Below are positions 27,567 to 37,894 of a stretch of 64,000 bases of DNA, piece after piece; position 1 is the stretch's first letter; the number at the start of each line of letters is the position of its first letter. A program made the translations under genes and the position numbers. The stretch is from an uncultured Methanosarcinales archaeon (GTDB taxonomy: Archaea > Nanobdellota > Nanobdellia > Woesearchaeales > GW2011-AR9): contig CAYJXA010000001.1 in the NCBI GenBank assembly GCA_964373955.1, positions 34,079 to 98,078 of the forward strand. The letters are read 5' to 3'. The notes beneath the pieces were generated by a model. The model was not told the origin of the DNA, did not search any database, and saw only the letters and a list, made by a program, of their open reading frames with translations.

Positions 27567-29405
27567 CTACTTCTCCTTAAACTCCGCATCGACAACATTG
27601 TCGTCGTCAGAGGAAGGTTTGCTATCATGCGCACCTTTCTCAGCACCCTGCTTAGCAGCAGCTTCTTGATACATCTTGGCGCCAATCTCCTGCACAATCT
27701 TATTCAACTCTTCGATCTTCTTGGTAATCGTGGCAGGTTCGCCTTCCTTCCGGGCATCTTCCACTGCTTTAATCTTCTCTTCAATTTTTGTTTTCAGGGC
27801 GGCATCAACCTTATCGCCAAACTCCTCGAGTACCTTACGGGTTTGGTATACGACAGCATCAGCATTATTTTCTGCTTCAATCTTGTCCCGCAACTTCTTA
27901 TCATCAGCTTCATGCTCCTGTGCTTCTTTCTTCATGCGCTCGACTTCATCTTTACTCAAAGCACTGGAACCAGTAATTTTAATCCGTTGTTCTTTTGCGG
28001 TTCCTAAATCCTTAGCAGACACGTGCATGATTCCATTGGCGTCAATATCAAAGGTAACTTCAATCTGCGGCACTCCCCGAGGAGCTGGTGGAATTCCCAC
28101 TAAGTCAAATTGCCCCAGTACTTTATTATCTGCAAACATGGGGCGTTCCCCTTGCGCTACTCGAATGGTAACCGCAGGCTGGTTATCCGCTGCCGTTGAA
28201 AAGATCTGCGATTTCTTGGTAGGAATGGTCGTATTTCGTTCAATTAATTTAGTAAACACTCCTCCCAGAGTTTCAATGCCCAAACTCAGAGGAGTAACAT
28301 CCAAAAGCAATACATCCTTAACATCCCCGGCTAATACTCCTGCTTGAATGGCTGCTCCTACCGCAACCGCTTCGTCAGGATTGACGGATTTATCTCCTTC
28401 TTTTCCAGTCAATCGTTTGACTAATTCCTGCACCGCAGGGATTCTGGTGGATCCACCTACAAAAATAACCTTGTTGATTTTATCCAATGATAATCCAGCA
28501 TCTTTCAGGGCATTCTTGGTAGGCACTTCCAATCGTTTTAAGATAGAGGCAATTAATTCTTCAAATTTAGCTCTACTCAACTCTTCCTTAAGATGTTTTG
28601 GCCCGGTGCTATCAGCGGTAATGAAAGGAAGGCTAATTTCTACTTTCATTTTACTGGAAAGTTCAATTTTTGCTTTCTCGGCAGCTTCTTTTAAACGCTG
28701 CACAGCAGTAGCATCATTCCGTAAATTTATGCCGGTGGATTTCTTGAAATTATCCATCAAGAAATTCATGATAATTTCGTCAACATCATCCCCACCAAGA
28801 TAATTATCACCATTGGTGGCTTTCACTTCAAAGACTCCCCCGCCTAATTCCAGGATAGAAACGTCAAAGGTTCCCCCGCCAAAATCAAAAACTAAAATGG
28901 TGTGATCTTTCTCTTGCTTATCTAATCCGTACGCAAGTGCAGCAGCAGTGGGTTCATTAATAATGCGCAAGACATTCAATCCGGCAATTTCTCCCGCATT
29001 TTTCGTTGCTTGCCGTTGTGCATCGTTAAAATATGCCGGAACAGTAATAACCGCATTCTTCACCGGCTGGCCAAGATAGGCTTCGGCATCCCGTTTTAAT
29101 TTCTGTAGAATCATCGCCGATATCTGCTCGGGAGTGTATTCCTTGCGATCGATCTCCACTTTCTCATTTGATCCCATTTTCCGTTTAATGGAACGTACCG
29201 TATGGGAAGGATCAACAATCGCCTGATTTCGGGCAATCTGCCCCACAATTATTTCTTCATCTTTAATATGCACCACGCTGGGGGTGGTTCTGGTTCCTTC
29301 TGCATTGCTAATAATTGCCGGTTTTCCTGCTTCCATTACCGCTACCGCTGAAAAAGTCGTTCCTAAGTCTATTCCAATAGTTGCTCCTGATGTTTTAGTT
29401 GCCAT
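27567..29405 (-). CDS. dnaK: chaperone DnaK (Hsp70)
   Basis: [22 protein letters not shown] and the overall 612-aa organisation are classic Hsp70. Confidence 0.97.
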   Translation of the reverse strand: MATKTSGATIGIDLGTTFSAVAVMEAGKPAIISNAEGTRTTPSVVHIKDEEIIVGQIARNQAIVDPSHTVRSIKRKMGSNEKVEIDRKEYTPEQISAMILQKLKRDAEAYLGQPVKNAVITVPAYFNDAQRQATKNAGEIAGLNVLRIINEPTAAALAYGLDKQEKDHTILVFDFGGGTFDVSILELGGGVFEVKATNGDNYLGGDDVDEIIMNFLMDNFKKSTGINLRNDATAVQRLKEAAEKAKIELSSKMKVEISLPFITADSTGPKHLKEELSRAKFEELIASILKRLEVPTKNALKDAGLSLDKINKVIFVGGSTRIPAVQELVKRLTGKEGDKSVNPDEAVAVGAAIQAGVLAGDVKDVLLLDVTPLSLGIETLGGVFTKLIERNTTIPTKKSQIFSTAADNQPAVTIRVAQGERPMFADNKVLGQFDLVGIPPAPRGVPQIEVTFDIDANGIMHVSAKDLGTAKEQRIKITGSSALSKDEVERMKKEAQEHEADDKKLRDKIEAENNADAVVYQTRKVLEEFGDKVDAALKTKIEEKIKAVEDARKEGEPATITKKIEELNKIVQEIGAKMYQEAAAKQGAEKGAHDSKPSSDDDNVVDAEFKEK

Positions 29406-29967
29406 TTTTGTTTTGTTCCTCCATATGAGTTTGATTTTGTTGGCCGGCGCTTATTTTTACTCGAGCATGCCGGAGCACTTGACCATGTAAAGTAAATCCT
29501 TTCTGGAACACTTCTAAAATAGTGTTCGCTGGCTGGGATGATTCTACTTTCAGCAAGGCTTCATGACGATAAGGATCAAAACTGGTTTTTTCTGTGGTGA
29601 TGGGTTGAACCCCTAACCGTTGCAAGACGTCAAAGAGTTGAGAATAAATTAATTCTACTCCTTTCACGAATTCTTCGGGATGAGCGCGGGCATTCTTTAA
29701 GGCTAATTCAAAATTATCAATGAGCGGCAAGAGTTGGATGATAACATCTTTCGCTGCTACTTGTTTTAGGTCTTCAATCCTCTTCTCAGTCTGCTTGCGA
29801 TAATTTTCAAAGTTGGCTTGGGTGCGCTGGAGTAATTCGGTGAGTTCTTGAACTTGATTTTCGATAATAGGTGTTACATTTATCTCCTCACGTTGAGAGA
29901 TGGGATGAGCCCCGTCTGAATCGTTTTTGTCTGCTACGATGTTATCGTGTATCTTTTCTTTAGCCAT
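29395..29967 (-). CDS. grpE: nucleotide exchange factor GrpE
   Basis: Coiled-coil N-terminus and GrpE-like C-terminus. It overlaps the dnaK start. The start is taken at the internal Met (MAKEK). Confidence 0.8.
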   Translation of the reverse strand: MAKEKIHDNIVADKNDSDGAHPISQREEINVTPIIENQVQELTELLQRTQANFENYRKQTEKRIEDLKQVAAKDVIIQLLPLIDNFELALKNARAHPEEFVKGVELIYSQLFDVLQRLGVQPITTEKTSFDPYRHEALLKVESSQPANTILEVFQKGFTLHGQVLRHARVKISAGQQNQTHMEEQNKNGN

Positions 29968-30076
29968 ACTTTTCACCTTATTTGTTGAGTTTAAGTCAAC
30001 TAGAACTATCCAAAATAAGCCTTCTATATAAATCTTGTGGAAAAAGTTTAAAAGAAGAGCCGTATTAAGGGAAACA

Positions 30077-30472
30077 ATGGCGTATCGTGTTACACTTGTC
30101 CGGATTCGAAAAACCCAGGGAGGAAACCTCAATCAGGAATTACAATGGCTAGGAAATTCATTGGGATTATTTAATCTGAGGGATAGGGATAGCAGTTGTT
30201 TCCGAGTATTTATTACCTTAGTCCGAGCAGCAAACCAGGATAAGCCGCTTACCTCCGATGAAATTGCGGAGCGATTGCACTTAAGCCGAGGAACTGTTGT
30301 GCATCACCTGCATCGCTTGATGGAATCAGGAATAGTCGTGAAAGAAAAAGAGGGATATTTATTGAGAGAGAGTTCCATTGAGCGATTGATTAAAGATATT
30401 CACCAAGATATGGAAATGATGTTTTCTGAACTATCGGATGCGGCAAGGCAGATTGACGAGAGCTTGAGATAG
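30077..30472 (+). CDS. winged-helix transcriptional regulator divergent from grpE-dnaK (candidate heat-shock regulator)
   Basis: LTSDEIAERLHLSRGTVVHHLHRLMESGIV is an HTH. Its position is divergent from the chaperone operon. Confidence 0.45.
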   Translation: MAYRVTLVRIRKTQGGNLNQELQWLGNSLGLFNLRDRDSSCFRVFITLVRAANQDKPLTSDEIAERLHLSRGTVVHHLHRLMESGIVVKEKEGYLLRESSIERLIKDIHQDMEMMFSELSDAARQIDESLR

Positions 30473-30536
30473 TGTTGTCTTTGATAAGTAGTTATTTTAG
30501 GAAAATTTTATAAATAGGCTCTACTCTAAACACCGG

Positions 30537-31070
30537 ATGGACAGATTACGCTTTGATCAAATAATCGGACCGACTCAAGAATGGGTTGTCACTGCATTCC
30601 AAGAATGGCAGAAAGATAGTGCGGGATTTGACGGCAGAGTTTCTGCAGGGTGGGGAAAGGAGATTATGGGAACATTTCTCCGTGAATTTCCCGATGATTT
30701 TGAAGGAGGACTTAACTACAGACGAAATGGGGGAGACTGTTACTTACTCCTTGAAGGACAGGAAGATCGAGGCACTTTAATGGGTCAAACGCAAGGATGC
30801 TATCTAGAACTGGAAGGAGAATTGCGTAGAGGTCGACCAAATCCTGGCTTCTTTAGGATCACAGCAGGGTACAGTGGGCTTTGCTCAGCTATTCAAGAAA
30901 TAGAAAAGGATCCCCACCAACTAGATCAACTTTTATTAGATGTATGTGGTTGGGGAATTAGGCAGCCCGAGCATGCCAATTTATTTGCTGGCATGGGCAG
31001 ATTATATGTTAGCACTCCCGAGAGTACAAGAAAATATTCGTTTACTCCTAGTGCGAGATTGTGTTATTAA
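30537..31070 (+). CDS. hypothetical protein
   Basis: 177-aa ORF with GC-richer codon usage; no recognised motif. Confidence 0.4.
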   Translation: MDRLRFDQIIGPTQEWVVTAFQEWQKDSAGFDGRVSAGWGKEIMGTFLREFPDDFEGGLNYRRNGGDCYLLLEGQEDRGTLMGQTQGCYLELEGELRRGRPNPGFFRITAGYSGLCSAIQEIEKDPHQLDQLLLDVCGWGIRQPEHANLFAGMGRLYVSTPESTRKYSFTPSARLCY

Positions 31071-32206
31071 TCAAGAAGCAAGATAAAATCAAAATGACCA
31101 TCGTCTACGCCCAGTCCGGAAAAGGAAATCAAAATCTAGTGGAAACACTCCAAGCGCAACTCGATGCTGTTCCCATTCGTGGAAAAGATTTTCTTCTCAA
31201 GCCCAACATGGTTGATCCCCATATTCCTAAAGCCTGTTCTGATCCAAAAAGAATGCAAGCAGTAGTCAATCTCTTACGGGAGTATGGCGCTGCAAGAGTT
31301 CTCATTGGCGATGAACCCGCTCATTACGTGTTTGGATTGGCGGAACGTCAGGGAAGTCCATTTGATATACAACAAGCATATCAACAGGTAGGATATGCGA
31401 GAATCAAAGGCGCTGAGTTGATAGATTTGAGTTCCCTGCCTGTAACCTCCTACCAAGCCATTCGTGTTAGTCCGATAACTGCGCAAGAAGAAACTATTAC
31501 GGTTCCAATTAGAAATACGACTGGGCTGGTGGTTGTTTCTTTCACCTTGCCCAAACATCATGGAAATTACAATTACAGCGGTGTTACTAAAAATCTGATG
31601 GGCTTAGTGCCAGAAGCAGCAAGAAAAGAGCCTTTTCATTATTTCTTTGCAGATGCAGCAAGGCAATCTTTACGAGAGGAAGGAAAAGATTCTCCCCGCC
31701 GTCAGGAATTAGAACAAAGGGTGGTTGATCTTACCTTAGGGTTTGTAGATAGATATACAGAACTCCACGGGGAAAACGAATTGATGATTTCCGCGTATCA
31801 TGCTTGGCTCGATGAACAACTCGACTTTCAATCTTTCCAAACACACCTAGAACACTTTGTCAACGCTGGTTCTTTAGTAGGACTAGCAAGTAAAGTGAGA
31901 CAAATGAGCCCAGAGAGTTTTTGTATCCTTGATGGAACCTATCTTTTAACCCAGCAAGAACATGATGGAATACCGGTGCAAACGAATTTCGCTCTTGTTG
32001 GAGCAGACCCTGCGAGTGTGGATAAAGTAGCGATGGAAAGATTAGGAATGTACGACAGCGAAGTTCCCTACCTTAACCAGCTGTTGAAAGCAACATCAAC
32101 GGTGGAAGTGCGGGGGAAGATAGGAAGAAAACTATCTAAAAGATCTCTACTCGCAAAAGAAATACGCCGAGATTCGCATGGATTACCCTTCTCTTTCGTT
32201 GCATAA
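31061..32206 (+). CDS. DUF362-family protein
   Basis: LLKPNMVDP...AVVNLLREYGAARVLIGDEP matches the DUF362 N-terminal signature; the start may be the internal Met (MTIVY). Confidence 0.6.
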   Translation: MLLIKKQDKIKMTIVYAQSGKGNQNLVETLQAQLDAVPIRGKDFLLKPNMVDPHIPKACSDPKRMQAVVNLLREYGAARVLIGDEPAHYVFGLAERQGSPFDIQQAYQQVGYARIKGAELIDLSSLPVTSYQAIRVSPITAQEETITVPIRNTTGLVVVSFTLPKHHGNYNYSGVTKNLMGLVPEAARKEPFHYFFADAARQSLREEGKDSPRRQELEQRVVDLTLGFVDRYTELHGENELMISAYHAWLDEQLDFQSFQTHLEHFVNAGSLVGLASKVRQMSPESFCILDGTYLLTQQEHDGIPVQTNFALVGADPASVDKVAMERLGMYDSEVPYLNQLLKATSTVEVRGKIGRKLSKRSLLAKEIRRDSHGLPFSFVA

Positions 32207-32218
32207 TAAAAATCCCAA

Positions 32219-32314
32219 CCGCAACAAGCTGCGGGGTATTCAATTAGTTAGGATTTTTAATCTTAACTGGGTGATTGGAAGCCGTAGCAAGCTACGGGGT
32301 ATGACCCAGTTAAG
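32219..32314. repeat. two related short hairpins (CCGCAAC-AA-GCTGCGG and CCGTAGC-AA-GCTACGG, each followed by GGTAT) plus an outer 11-bp inverted repeat CTTAACTGGGT/ACCCAGTTAAG
   Basis: Read directly from the sequence. The two copies differ by compensatory substitutions that keep the pairing. They lie in a convergent intergenic region. Confidence 0.6.
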
Positions 32315-32517
32315 AAATCAAATCTTCACTTTCAACCGGCAATAGTGGCAATAGACACTGGTTAATCCCGGGAACAAAAATGCAACAAATTTATTTTTGC
32401 AAGAAGGACAATCAAAATTTCTGGAATTCACTTCATTCACCTTTTTTAGCTAAAAAATATTCTCCTTTATAAAAATTATTGAAAAGAAAAAAAATCCCGC
32501 TGCTCGTGACTCTCTTC

Positions 32518-32898
32518 CTAATCGGAGGCGAGTTTCCAAATCGTTTTCAATCCCAGCAGAATTGCACCGGGAACGACGAAGACAACGATGTTGCTCAGGA
32601 TGCTTCGCAAGTATAATCCCACTCCCGGAATCAAGCCGAGATTAACAATTCCCGCTAACATCAAAGCAATTGCAGCAACTAAGAAGGGGATTGTTTCTTC
32701 AGCCGTCAAGTTGAACAGGCCAACCAAAAACCCTAAGATAACTAAAGTAGTTACTAACACTTCCGGACTTATTACGGTACGGAACAATCCCGCCACAATC
32801 GCTACCAATAATCCTACAAAGAATGCATAATGAGCCACTCTATGAATTTCGATTCGCTCTTTGGGAGCAGAAACGCCATTGCCTCTTTTTTTTGCCAT
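32518..32898 (-). CDS. small integral membrane protein
   Basis: Three to four hydrophobic helices; 126 aa. Confidence 0.5.
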   Translation of the reverse strand: MAKKRGNGVSAPKERIEIHRVAHYAFFVGLLVAIVAGLFRTVISPEVLVTTLVILGFLVGLFNLTAEETIPFLVAAIALMLAGIVNLGLIPGVGLYLRSILSNIVVFVVPGAILLGLKTIWKLASD

Positions 32899-32988
32899 TT
32901 TTAACTATCACCTCGAAAGGATAGTCCAATAAAACGATTTTAGTATATAAATCATTCGGTTGTTACAGAGGATTACTTTTATAAAAAA

Positions 32989-33276
32989 ATGCTCTTTTTA
33001 GCAGTCATGACCATTGATTTCACCTTCGGCAAATGCAAAACTCGGGCAGGATATTCTGCTAAGCTGAAAAAGCAAGGCAAATTAGATTTAAAGAAAATCA
33101 AAGAACATTTTGAAACTATTTTAGAAACCCCCATCTTGCTCGTGATTAGAGAGCAAGGCTTGGAAATAATTGTTCACGGATATGGAGAATTATTGTTTAA
33201 GAATGGAACTGATGAACAAATAGGGTTGATGGAAAGAATTGCAGAGAATATTTATCAGAAAGGATTAGGAAAATGA
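32989..33276 (+). CDS. hypothetical small protein
   Basis: 95-aa ORF; weak evidence. Confidence 0.3.
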   Translation: MLFLAVMTIDFTFGKCKTRAGYSAKLKKQGKLDLKKIKEHFETILETPILLVIREQGLEIIVHGYGELLFKNGTDEQIGLMERIAENIYQKGLGK

Positions 33277-33280
33277 AAAG

Positions 33281-33368
33281 CGCCCCGGACCAGATTTGAA
33301 CTGGTGACCTGATGGTTAACAGCCATCCGCTTTGGTTGATTATTCTCTAACCGCTGAGCCACCGGGGC
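33281..33368 (-). tRNA. tRNA-Asn (anticodon GTT) with a roughly 15-nt non-canonical insertion (putative intron) between the D-arm and the anticodon stem
   Basis: Hand-folded. Acceptor stem GCCCCGG/CCGGGGC. D-arm GCTC-AGCGGTTA-GAG(C). Anticodon arm GATGG-CTGTTAA-CCATC. T-arm ACCAG-TTCAAAT-CTGGT. Discriminator G. The extra AATAATCAACCAAAG interrupts the 3' side of the D-stem. Confidence 0.8.
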
Positions 33369-33391
33369 ATACCTGTACTCTCAATCCAAAT

Positions 33392-33402
33392 CATTTATAA
33401 AG
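33392..33402 (-). promoter_or_regulatory. TATA box for tRNA-Asn
   Basis: TTTATAAAG centred about 30 nt upstream of the tRNA 5' end. Confidence 0.5.
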
Positions 33403-33423
33403 ATTTCGAGGCCTAAACTAAGA

Positions 33424-34125
33424 ATGCAGATTAGCACTGGAATTGAAATTATAAATACGGCCCTGTGGTTGTCAAGAGAAAAAACGCTCATTATCAATGA
33501 CCTACACCTCGGATATGAGGAAGCTTTGCATCGAAAGGGAGTTCTCGTGCCTAAATTTCAATTACAGGAAATTCTCAAGGAGATGGAATCTATCTTCCGC
33601 AAAATAGAACCAGAGAGAATAATAATTAATGGTGATTTGAAACATGAATTTGGCACGGTATTGAGACAGGAGTGGAGTGAAGTACTGCGATTCTTGGATT
33701 TCTGCTTACAGCATTGTACGGAAATAGTTATTATCAGAGGGAACCATGATCCCGTTATTACGCCAATTGCAAATAAAAGGGGGATCAAGGTCCTCCAAAA
33801 ATATGAGATAGGAAATACAATCATTGTCCACGGAGACCAGTTAATAGAAACCAAAGCCCAGCGCATTATTATCGGGCATGAACATCCTGCCATTACCATC
33901 CGGGAAGGCAGCAAACGAGAGAAATACAAATGTTTTCTCAAGGGGAAGTGGAAAGGGAAGGAATTAATTGCCGTGCCTAGCTTTAACCCTTTATTGGAAG
34001 GAACGGATATTCTGAAAGAAGAGTTGTTAAGTCCTTTTTTAGGGCATATTCAGAATTTTGCGGTGTATATTGTAAGCAAAGGAGAAGTGTTTGAGTTTGG
34101 GAAGGTGAAAAACATTCCGAAATGA
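33424..34125 (+). CDS. calcineurin-like metallophosphoesterase
   Basis: DLHLG, GDLKHE, GNHD and GHEH motifs in the canonical order. Confidence 0.7.
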   Translation: MQISTGIEIINTALWLSREKTLIINDLHLGYEEALHRKGVLVPKFQLQEILKEMESIFRKIEPERIIINGDLKHEFGTVLRQEWSEVLRFLDFCLQHCTEIVIIRGNHDPVITPIANKRGIKVLQKYEIGNTIIVHGDQLIETKAQRIIIGHEHPAITIREGSKREKYKCFLKGKWKGKELIAVPSFNPLLEGTDILKEELLSPFLGHIQNFAVYIVSKGEVFEFGKVKNIPK

Positions 34126-34154
34126 TTAAATAAACAAAGAGTGTTAGTCCCACC

Positions 34155-34730
34155 ATGAAAGTTATTCTGTATATGGCCACAACCGCCAATGGTATGATTG
34201 CCAGAGCAAATGATGATACTGATTGGGTTTCTCCAAACGAATGGAAGCAGTACAGTCAAATAATCAAAAAAGCAGGCAATGTGATCATTGGCAGAAGAAC
34301 GTATGAAGTGATGCGAAGGAATAACGAATTCAAGAGATTAGGAGACGTTAAGGTTGTCGTAGTAAGCAAGACTTTGAAAGCAAGCAAAGGGATTACAATC
34401 GCTAAATCTCCCCGGGAAGCGATTACTTTTTTGCAAATGCGGGGTTTCACGAAGATCATGGTTTGCGGCGGAAGCCAGTTGAATTCAAGCTTCTTGAAAG
34501 ATAAATTGATTGATGAGATTTATCTGGATGTAGAGCCTATTTTTCTAGGAAGAGGAATACTATTGTTCGCCAATGCCAACGTTGAAGCAAAGCTAAAGTT
34601 AGTGGGGGTGAAGAGGGCAGCACAGGGAATACAACTGCAATATAAAGTGAAGAGATTATCAAAGGGGCATAATTCTATAAAGAGTTTATACCGACAGCGC
34701 CTAACTTCTCCAACTGTAATTATTGGGTAG
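34155..34730 (+). CDS. RibD C-terminal / dihydrofolate-reductase-like domain protein
   Basis: The N-terminus MKVILYMATTANGMIA...DW is typical of the RibD_C/DHFR-like family. Confidence 0.55.
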   Translation: MKVILYMATTANGMIARANDDTDWVSPNEWKQYSQIIKKAGNVIIGRRTYEVMRRNNEFKRLGDVKVVVVSKTLKASKGITIAKSPREAITFLQMRGFTKIMVCGGSQLNSSFLKDKLIDEIYLDVEPIFLGRGILLFANANVEAKLKLVGVKRAAQGIQLQYKVKRLSKGHNSIKSLYRQRLTSPTVIIG

Positions 34731-34790
34731 TGGTTACAATGCAAACATTTATATAGTGGGGCCACTTTTAGCAAGTAAAAGGAGGAAAAA

Positions 34791-35210
34791 ATGACCACCG
34801 ATTTTCGTAACATTGCAGAAGAATATATACGAACATATGATCCTACTAGAGCCACTCCCAGTAGAATATTCGAATTAAGCGAGAGTGAGCGGGATCAGGT
34901 AGGCGATATAGCAAAAGAGTTAGCTCAGCCCACGATAGATGGAATTATTGCACAACTTCAAGCTGGGCGCAGTGGACCGGTACGAGTCTTTCACGGCGAC
35001 TGGGTACTTCAAGAGATATTGAAACCAACACCTACATTACCTGGCCATGTTAAAGATAAGCTTTCAGAACCCTATTATCGACATTTACGTGAATTGGCAA
35101 TGCAATACAGAATGCTGATAGAATTATCCGATCCCTATCTTCTGGATGAGCAATTAGATAGCTGCGTTGAAGCCCGATTACTCACCCAATTCCCAGAAGA
35201 TGCTAATTAA
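34791..35210 (+). CDS. hypothetical protein
   Basis: 139-aa ORF, GC-richer. Confidence 0.35.
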   Translation: MTTDFRNIAEEYIRTYDPTRATPSRIFELSESERDQVGDIAKELAQPTIDGIIAQLQAGRSGPVRVFHGDWVLQEILKPTPTLPGHVKDKLSEPYYRHLRELAMQYRMLIELSDPYLLDEQLDSCVEARLLTQFPEDAN

Positions 35211-35556
35211 AATGAGATCTGTCCCTCGCCCGTTGATAAATCAAGAACAACGTGCAAATAGACTTGAAGATGTAATTGGACTAATGAATTCATTTTATAT
35301 GAGTGCGGTTGTAGGAGCTGCGACAGGAGGATTGCCGGACTTAATTGATGGTCGCATGGATCCAGCGGTTCTAGCTATTTTTTCAGTAAGTGCACTTTAT
35401 GGAGCAGTAAGAGGATGGAAGGGAGCGGAAGGGAGTTATAAAGCTAGTTCGCTGACAGCCCCGGTTGCTGCAATCGCTGGTTCTTTTGCCCACGTTTGTT
35501 ATAGTTTAGTCGGATTTGGAATTGGCAGTGTGGCCAGAAAAGCTTTAGGCGAGTAA
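35200..35556 (+). CDS. hypothetical Gly/Ala-rich protein
   Basis: Overlaps the previous ORF; the start is uncertain (MLIKMR...). Confidence 0.3.
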   Translation: MLIKMRSVPRPLINQEQRANRLEDVIGLMNSFYMSAVVGAATGGLPDLIDGRMDPAVLAIFSVSALYGAVRGWKGAEGSYKASSLTAPVAAIAGSFAHVCYSLVGFGIGSVARKALGE

Positions 35557-35687
35557 GAATTTGAATTACTCCTTCCATGATTCTTCTTTTGTATATTTCT
35601 CATGAACCGGATAATCTGAACCTACATCTATCTCCCAGTCGTCCCCTTTCTTCTTTTTGAGCTTCTTTCTCTTCTTCATTAATTCAG

Positions 35688-36491
35688 TTATTTCTGGCAT
35701 TTTCCACAATAATACGTCCCTCTCCCTCCCAGATACGTTTTCTTGATCGCATGCCCTTTTGGACATTTTTCTTTTTCGTACACCGCTAAATATTTCTGAA
35801 ACCCGCCTGCCCCTTCAATATGCACATAATTTTCTACTGTAGTGCCATTATGGGCAATAGATTGCTGTAACACTCTTTGAATAGAATGATGCAACTTTAT
35901 GACCTCTTTCTCAGTTAAAGAATTAATTTTTCGCTGAGGAAGTATTCCCGCATGGTAGAGCGCTTCTTGAGCATAGATATTTCCTATTCCGGCAATGAAA
36001 TGTTGATCCATCAGGGTCGTTTTAATGTTCGCCTTCCTCCGTTTGTTTAATAATTCTTTAAATAATTGAAGAGTGAACTCCTTCCCCAACGGTTCCGGGC
36101 CAAACTCGGCCAATTTACGCTGTAATTTCAATTCGTCCAACAACCGCACTGAGCCAAATTTTCGAATGTCAGTATAACTTAGAATAGAACCATCCTGAAG
36201 AAAGAACTTAACAATGGCAAATTTCTCATCTTTTCCTAAACCCTCCCCCTTGGCGGCAAAATGAAAATGCCCAGTCATGCCCAAACGAATGAGAAGATAT
36301 TTTTTCCCCTCCAATTCAAGGATAATCGCTTTGGCCCTGCGCCAGGCTTTGGCGATCTTCCGAGGCATGATTCGTTCAAGGGCTACGTCCGCTCTTTTTT
36401 TCTCAAACACTTGTGCAGACATAACCCGCTTTCCAACCACATGCTTTTTTAATTGAGTGACGATAGTTTCAGCTTCGGGTAATTCAGGCAT
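35688..36491 (-). CDS. fpg: formamidopyrimidine-DNA glycosylase (Fpg/Nei family)
   Basis: N-terminal MPELPEAE with catalytic Pro2/Glu3; C-terminal CPKC...GRGTYYCGKCQ zinc finger. Confidence 0.85.
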   Translation of the reverse strand: MPELPEAETIVTQLKKHVVGKRVMSAQVFEKKRADVALERIMPRKIAKAWRRAKAIILELEGKKYLLIRLGMTGHFHFAAKGEGLGKDEKFAIVKFFLQDGSILSYTDIRKFGSVRLLDELKLQRKLAEFGPEPLGKEFTLQLFKELLNKRRKANIKTTLMDQHFIAGIGNIYAQEALYHAGILPQRKINSLTEKEVIKLHHSIQRVLQQSIAHNGTTVENYVHIEGAGGFQKYLAVYEKEKCPKGHAIKKTYLGGRGTYYCGKCQK

Positions 36492-36542
36492 TTTCTCACG
36501 AGCGACAACAAAATATATAAACATTTAGGATTTAAACAGATT

Positions 36543-37016
36543 ATGAAAACGAGAGAGGACGAAACAATCATTACCACCTTACGCCGTTCTCGCAAATCTT
36601 TTATCATTGAGTACGCCTGTGCATTAATCTTGGTAGGATTGCTGATAGCAGCTTTCTTCAAGGGAATTCCTGTTCATCGCTATATTGTCTATTTCATCGT
36701 AGGATTAGCAGCTCTCGCGGTCTTATCTGCCGAATGGTCCCGAGCCATGGTGAAGTATATCGTAACCTATCCTAAGGTGATCATTATTAAAGGAATCATA
36801 AAACAGAGCAAAAAGAATGTTCATTTTCTCCCCCTCGGTTTCGTGCCAGAGATTAATCTGAAACAAACCCGATTGCAGCGGTTGTTGAATTACGGCACTA
36901 TTTTCGTACATGGTTCCGGGGAGAATTCATTCGAGATTAAAGAAGTTGACCAACCACAGGAAATGTTAGCCCTCATTGAAGACCTCATCGAGAAGAATAG
37001 AGCCAAGCAGCGATGA
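36543..37016 (+). CDS. membrane protein with bacterial PH-like domain
   Basis: Two TM helices followed by a domain resembling bPH_2/YdbT. Confidence 0.4.
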   Translation: MKTREDETIITTLRRSRKSFIIEYACALILVGLLIAAFFKGIPVHRYIVYFIVGLAALAVLSAEWSRAMVKYIVTYPKVIIIKGIIKQSKKNVHFLPLGFVPEINLKQTRLQRLLNYGTIFVHGSGENSFEIKEVDQPQEMLALIEDLIEKNRAKQR

Positions 37017-37096
37017 AATGTTCCCTGCCGAACCAAAAAGTTTATTAAGCTCCCTCCCCTCTCCTGGTTCACCCGATAAAAGAGGTTTACCTGATT

Positions 37097-37888
37097 ATGT
37101 ATAATCAACAAGGCGGAGGACAGCATTCTCAGCACAATTTACGCTTTTACATCCTCTTAATCACCTTAGTAGTGGGGGGAATCTTTTTCCTCTTGTTCCT
37201 CAACGATTCTGACGGGTTTAGTCTCACCAATGCCATTGTAAGCGTAGCTAAAAATGATTCTGGAGAGACTGCAGAAGTAACCGCTCAGGACGTTCCCTGG
37301 GTCGAAGAAGAAAGAACCATTGACGAAGTTTTCAGCAGTAAAATTCAGAAGAACGCTAATGAAGTTGATTTAGCCCTCTCTTTTGATGAAATTCCCAGCG
37401 TGAAAAAGAAGGTGAAAGTGAGGGGAATAGAATTACAATTTAATGATTTAGCTACCAAGATTTTAGTAAATGATGACCTTTTAGAGCTTAATAATTTAGA
37501 AGAAGTAGATTTAAAAATTGAAGGATTTGTGGGAAATCTTAGATTTGATCGGAGCAGTTTTTCTTTGGATGGAACCGCAAAAAGCATTAAAGTGAACGAT
37601 ATTTCCCTTTCCTCAAAAGGGCAGATAAAAATCGCTTTCGATCATTTGGATTATGATTATCTCTCCCTCGAGGACATTGAATTGGATCAGCTGGAACTGC
37701 CCATAGGAAGCGGACAAATGACCGTGGGAGAAAAATTAACCTACACGTTAGAACAAGATCAAGTGAAAATGTATTATTTCAATGGGAAGGTAGTTATTGA
37801 CCGAAACGCCGTGACGCTGCTAACCCTAGAAGGCATAGCGAAAGGAATCAGTGCCGGTGGGGCCCTCTTAAACCTCAACTTACGATAA
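37097..37888 (+). CDS. membrane-anchored hypothetical protein
   Basis: N-terminal TM helix followed by an extracellular acidic domain. Confidence 0.4.
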   Translation: MYNQQGGGQHSQHNLRFYILLITLVVGGIFFLLFLNDSDGFSLTNAIVSVAKNDSGETAEVTAQDVPWVEEERTIDEVFSSKIQKNANEVDLALSFDEIPSVKKKVKVRGIELQFNDLATKILVNDDLLELNNLEEVDLKIEGFVGNLRFDRSSFSLDGTAKSIKVNDISLSSKGQIKIAFDHLDYDYLSLEDIELDQLELPIGSGQMTVGEKLTYTLEQDQVKMYYFNGKVVIDRNAVTLLTLEGIAKGISAGGALLNLNLR

Positions 37889-37894
37889 AAAAAT

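Noticed and set aside
27627-28803. Long antisense ORFs (126, 223 and 151 aa) overlapping dnaK
   Set aside because: They lie opposite a highly conserved Hsp70 gene, have low-complexity Ser/Ala-rich translations, and are typical shadow ORFs.
32219-32314. Possible mini-CRISPR array (two roughly 21-nt repeats separated by about 42 nt)
   Set aside because: Only two copies are present, they are not identical, there is no regular array, and no cas genes are in the window. The element is better explained as paired hairpins.
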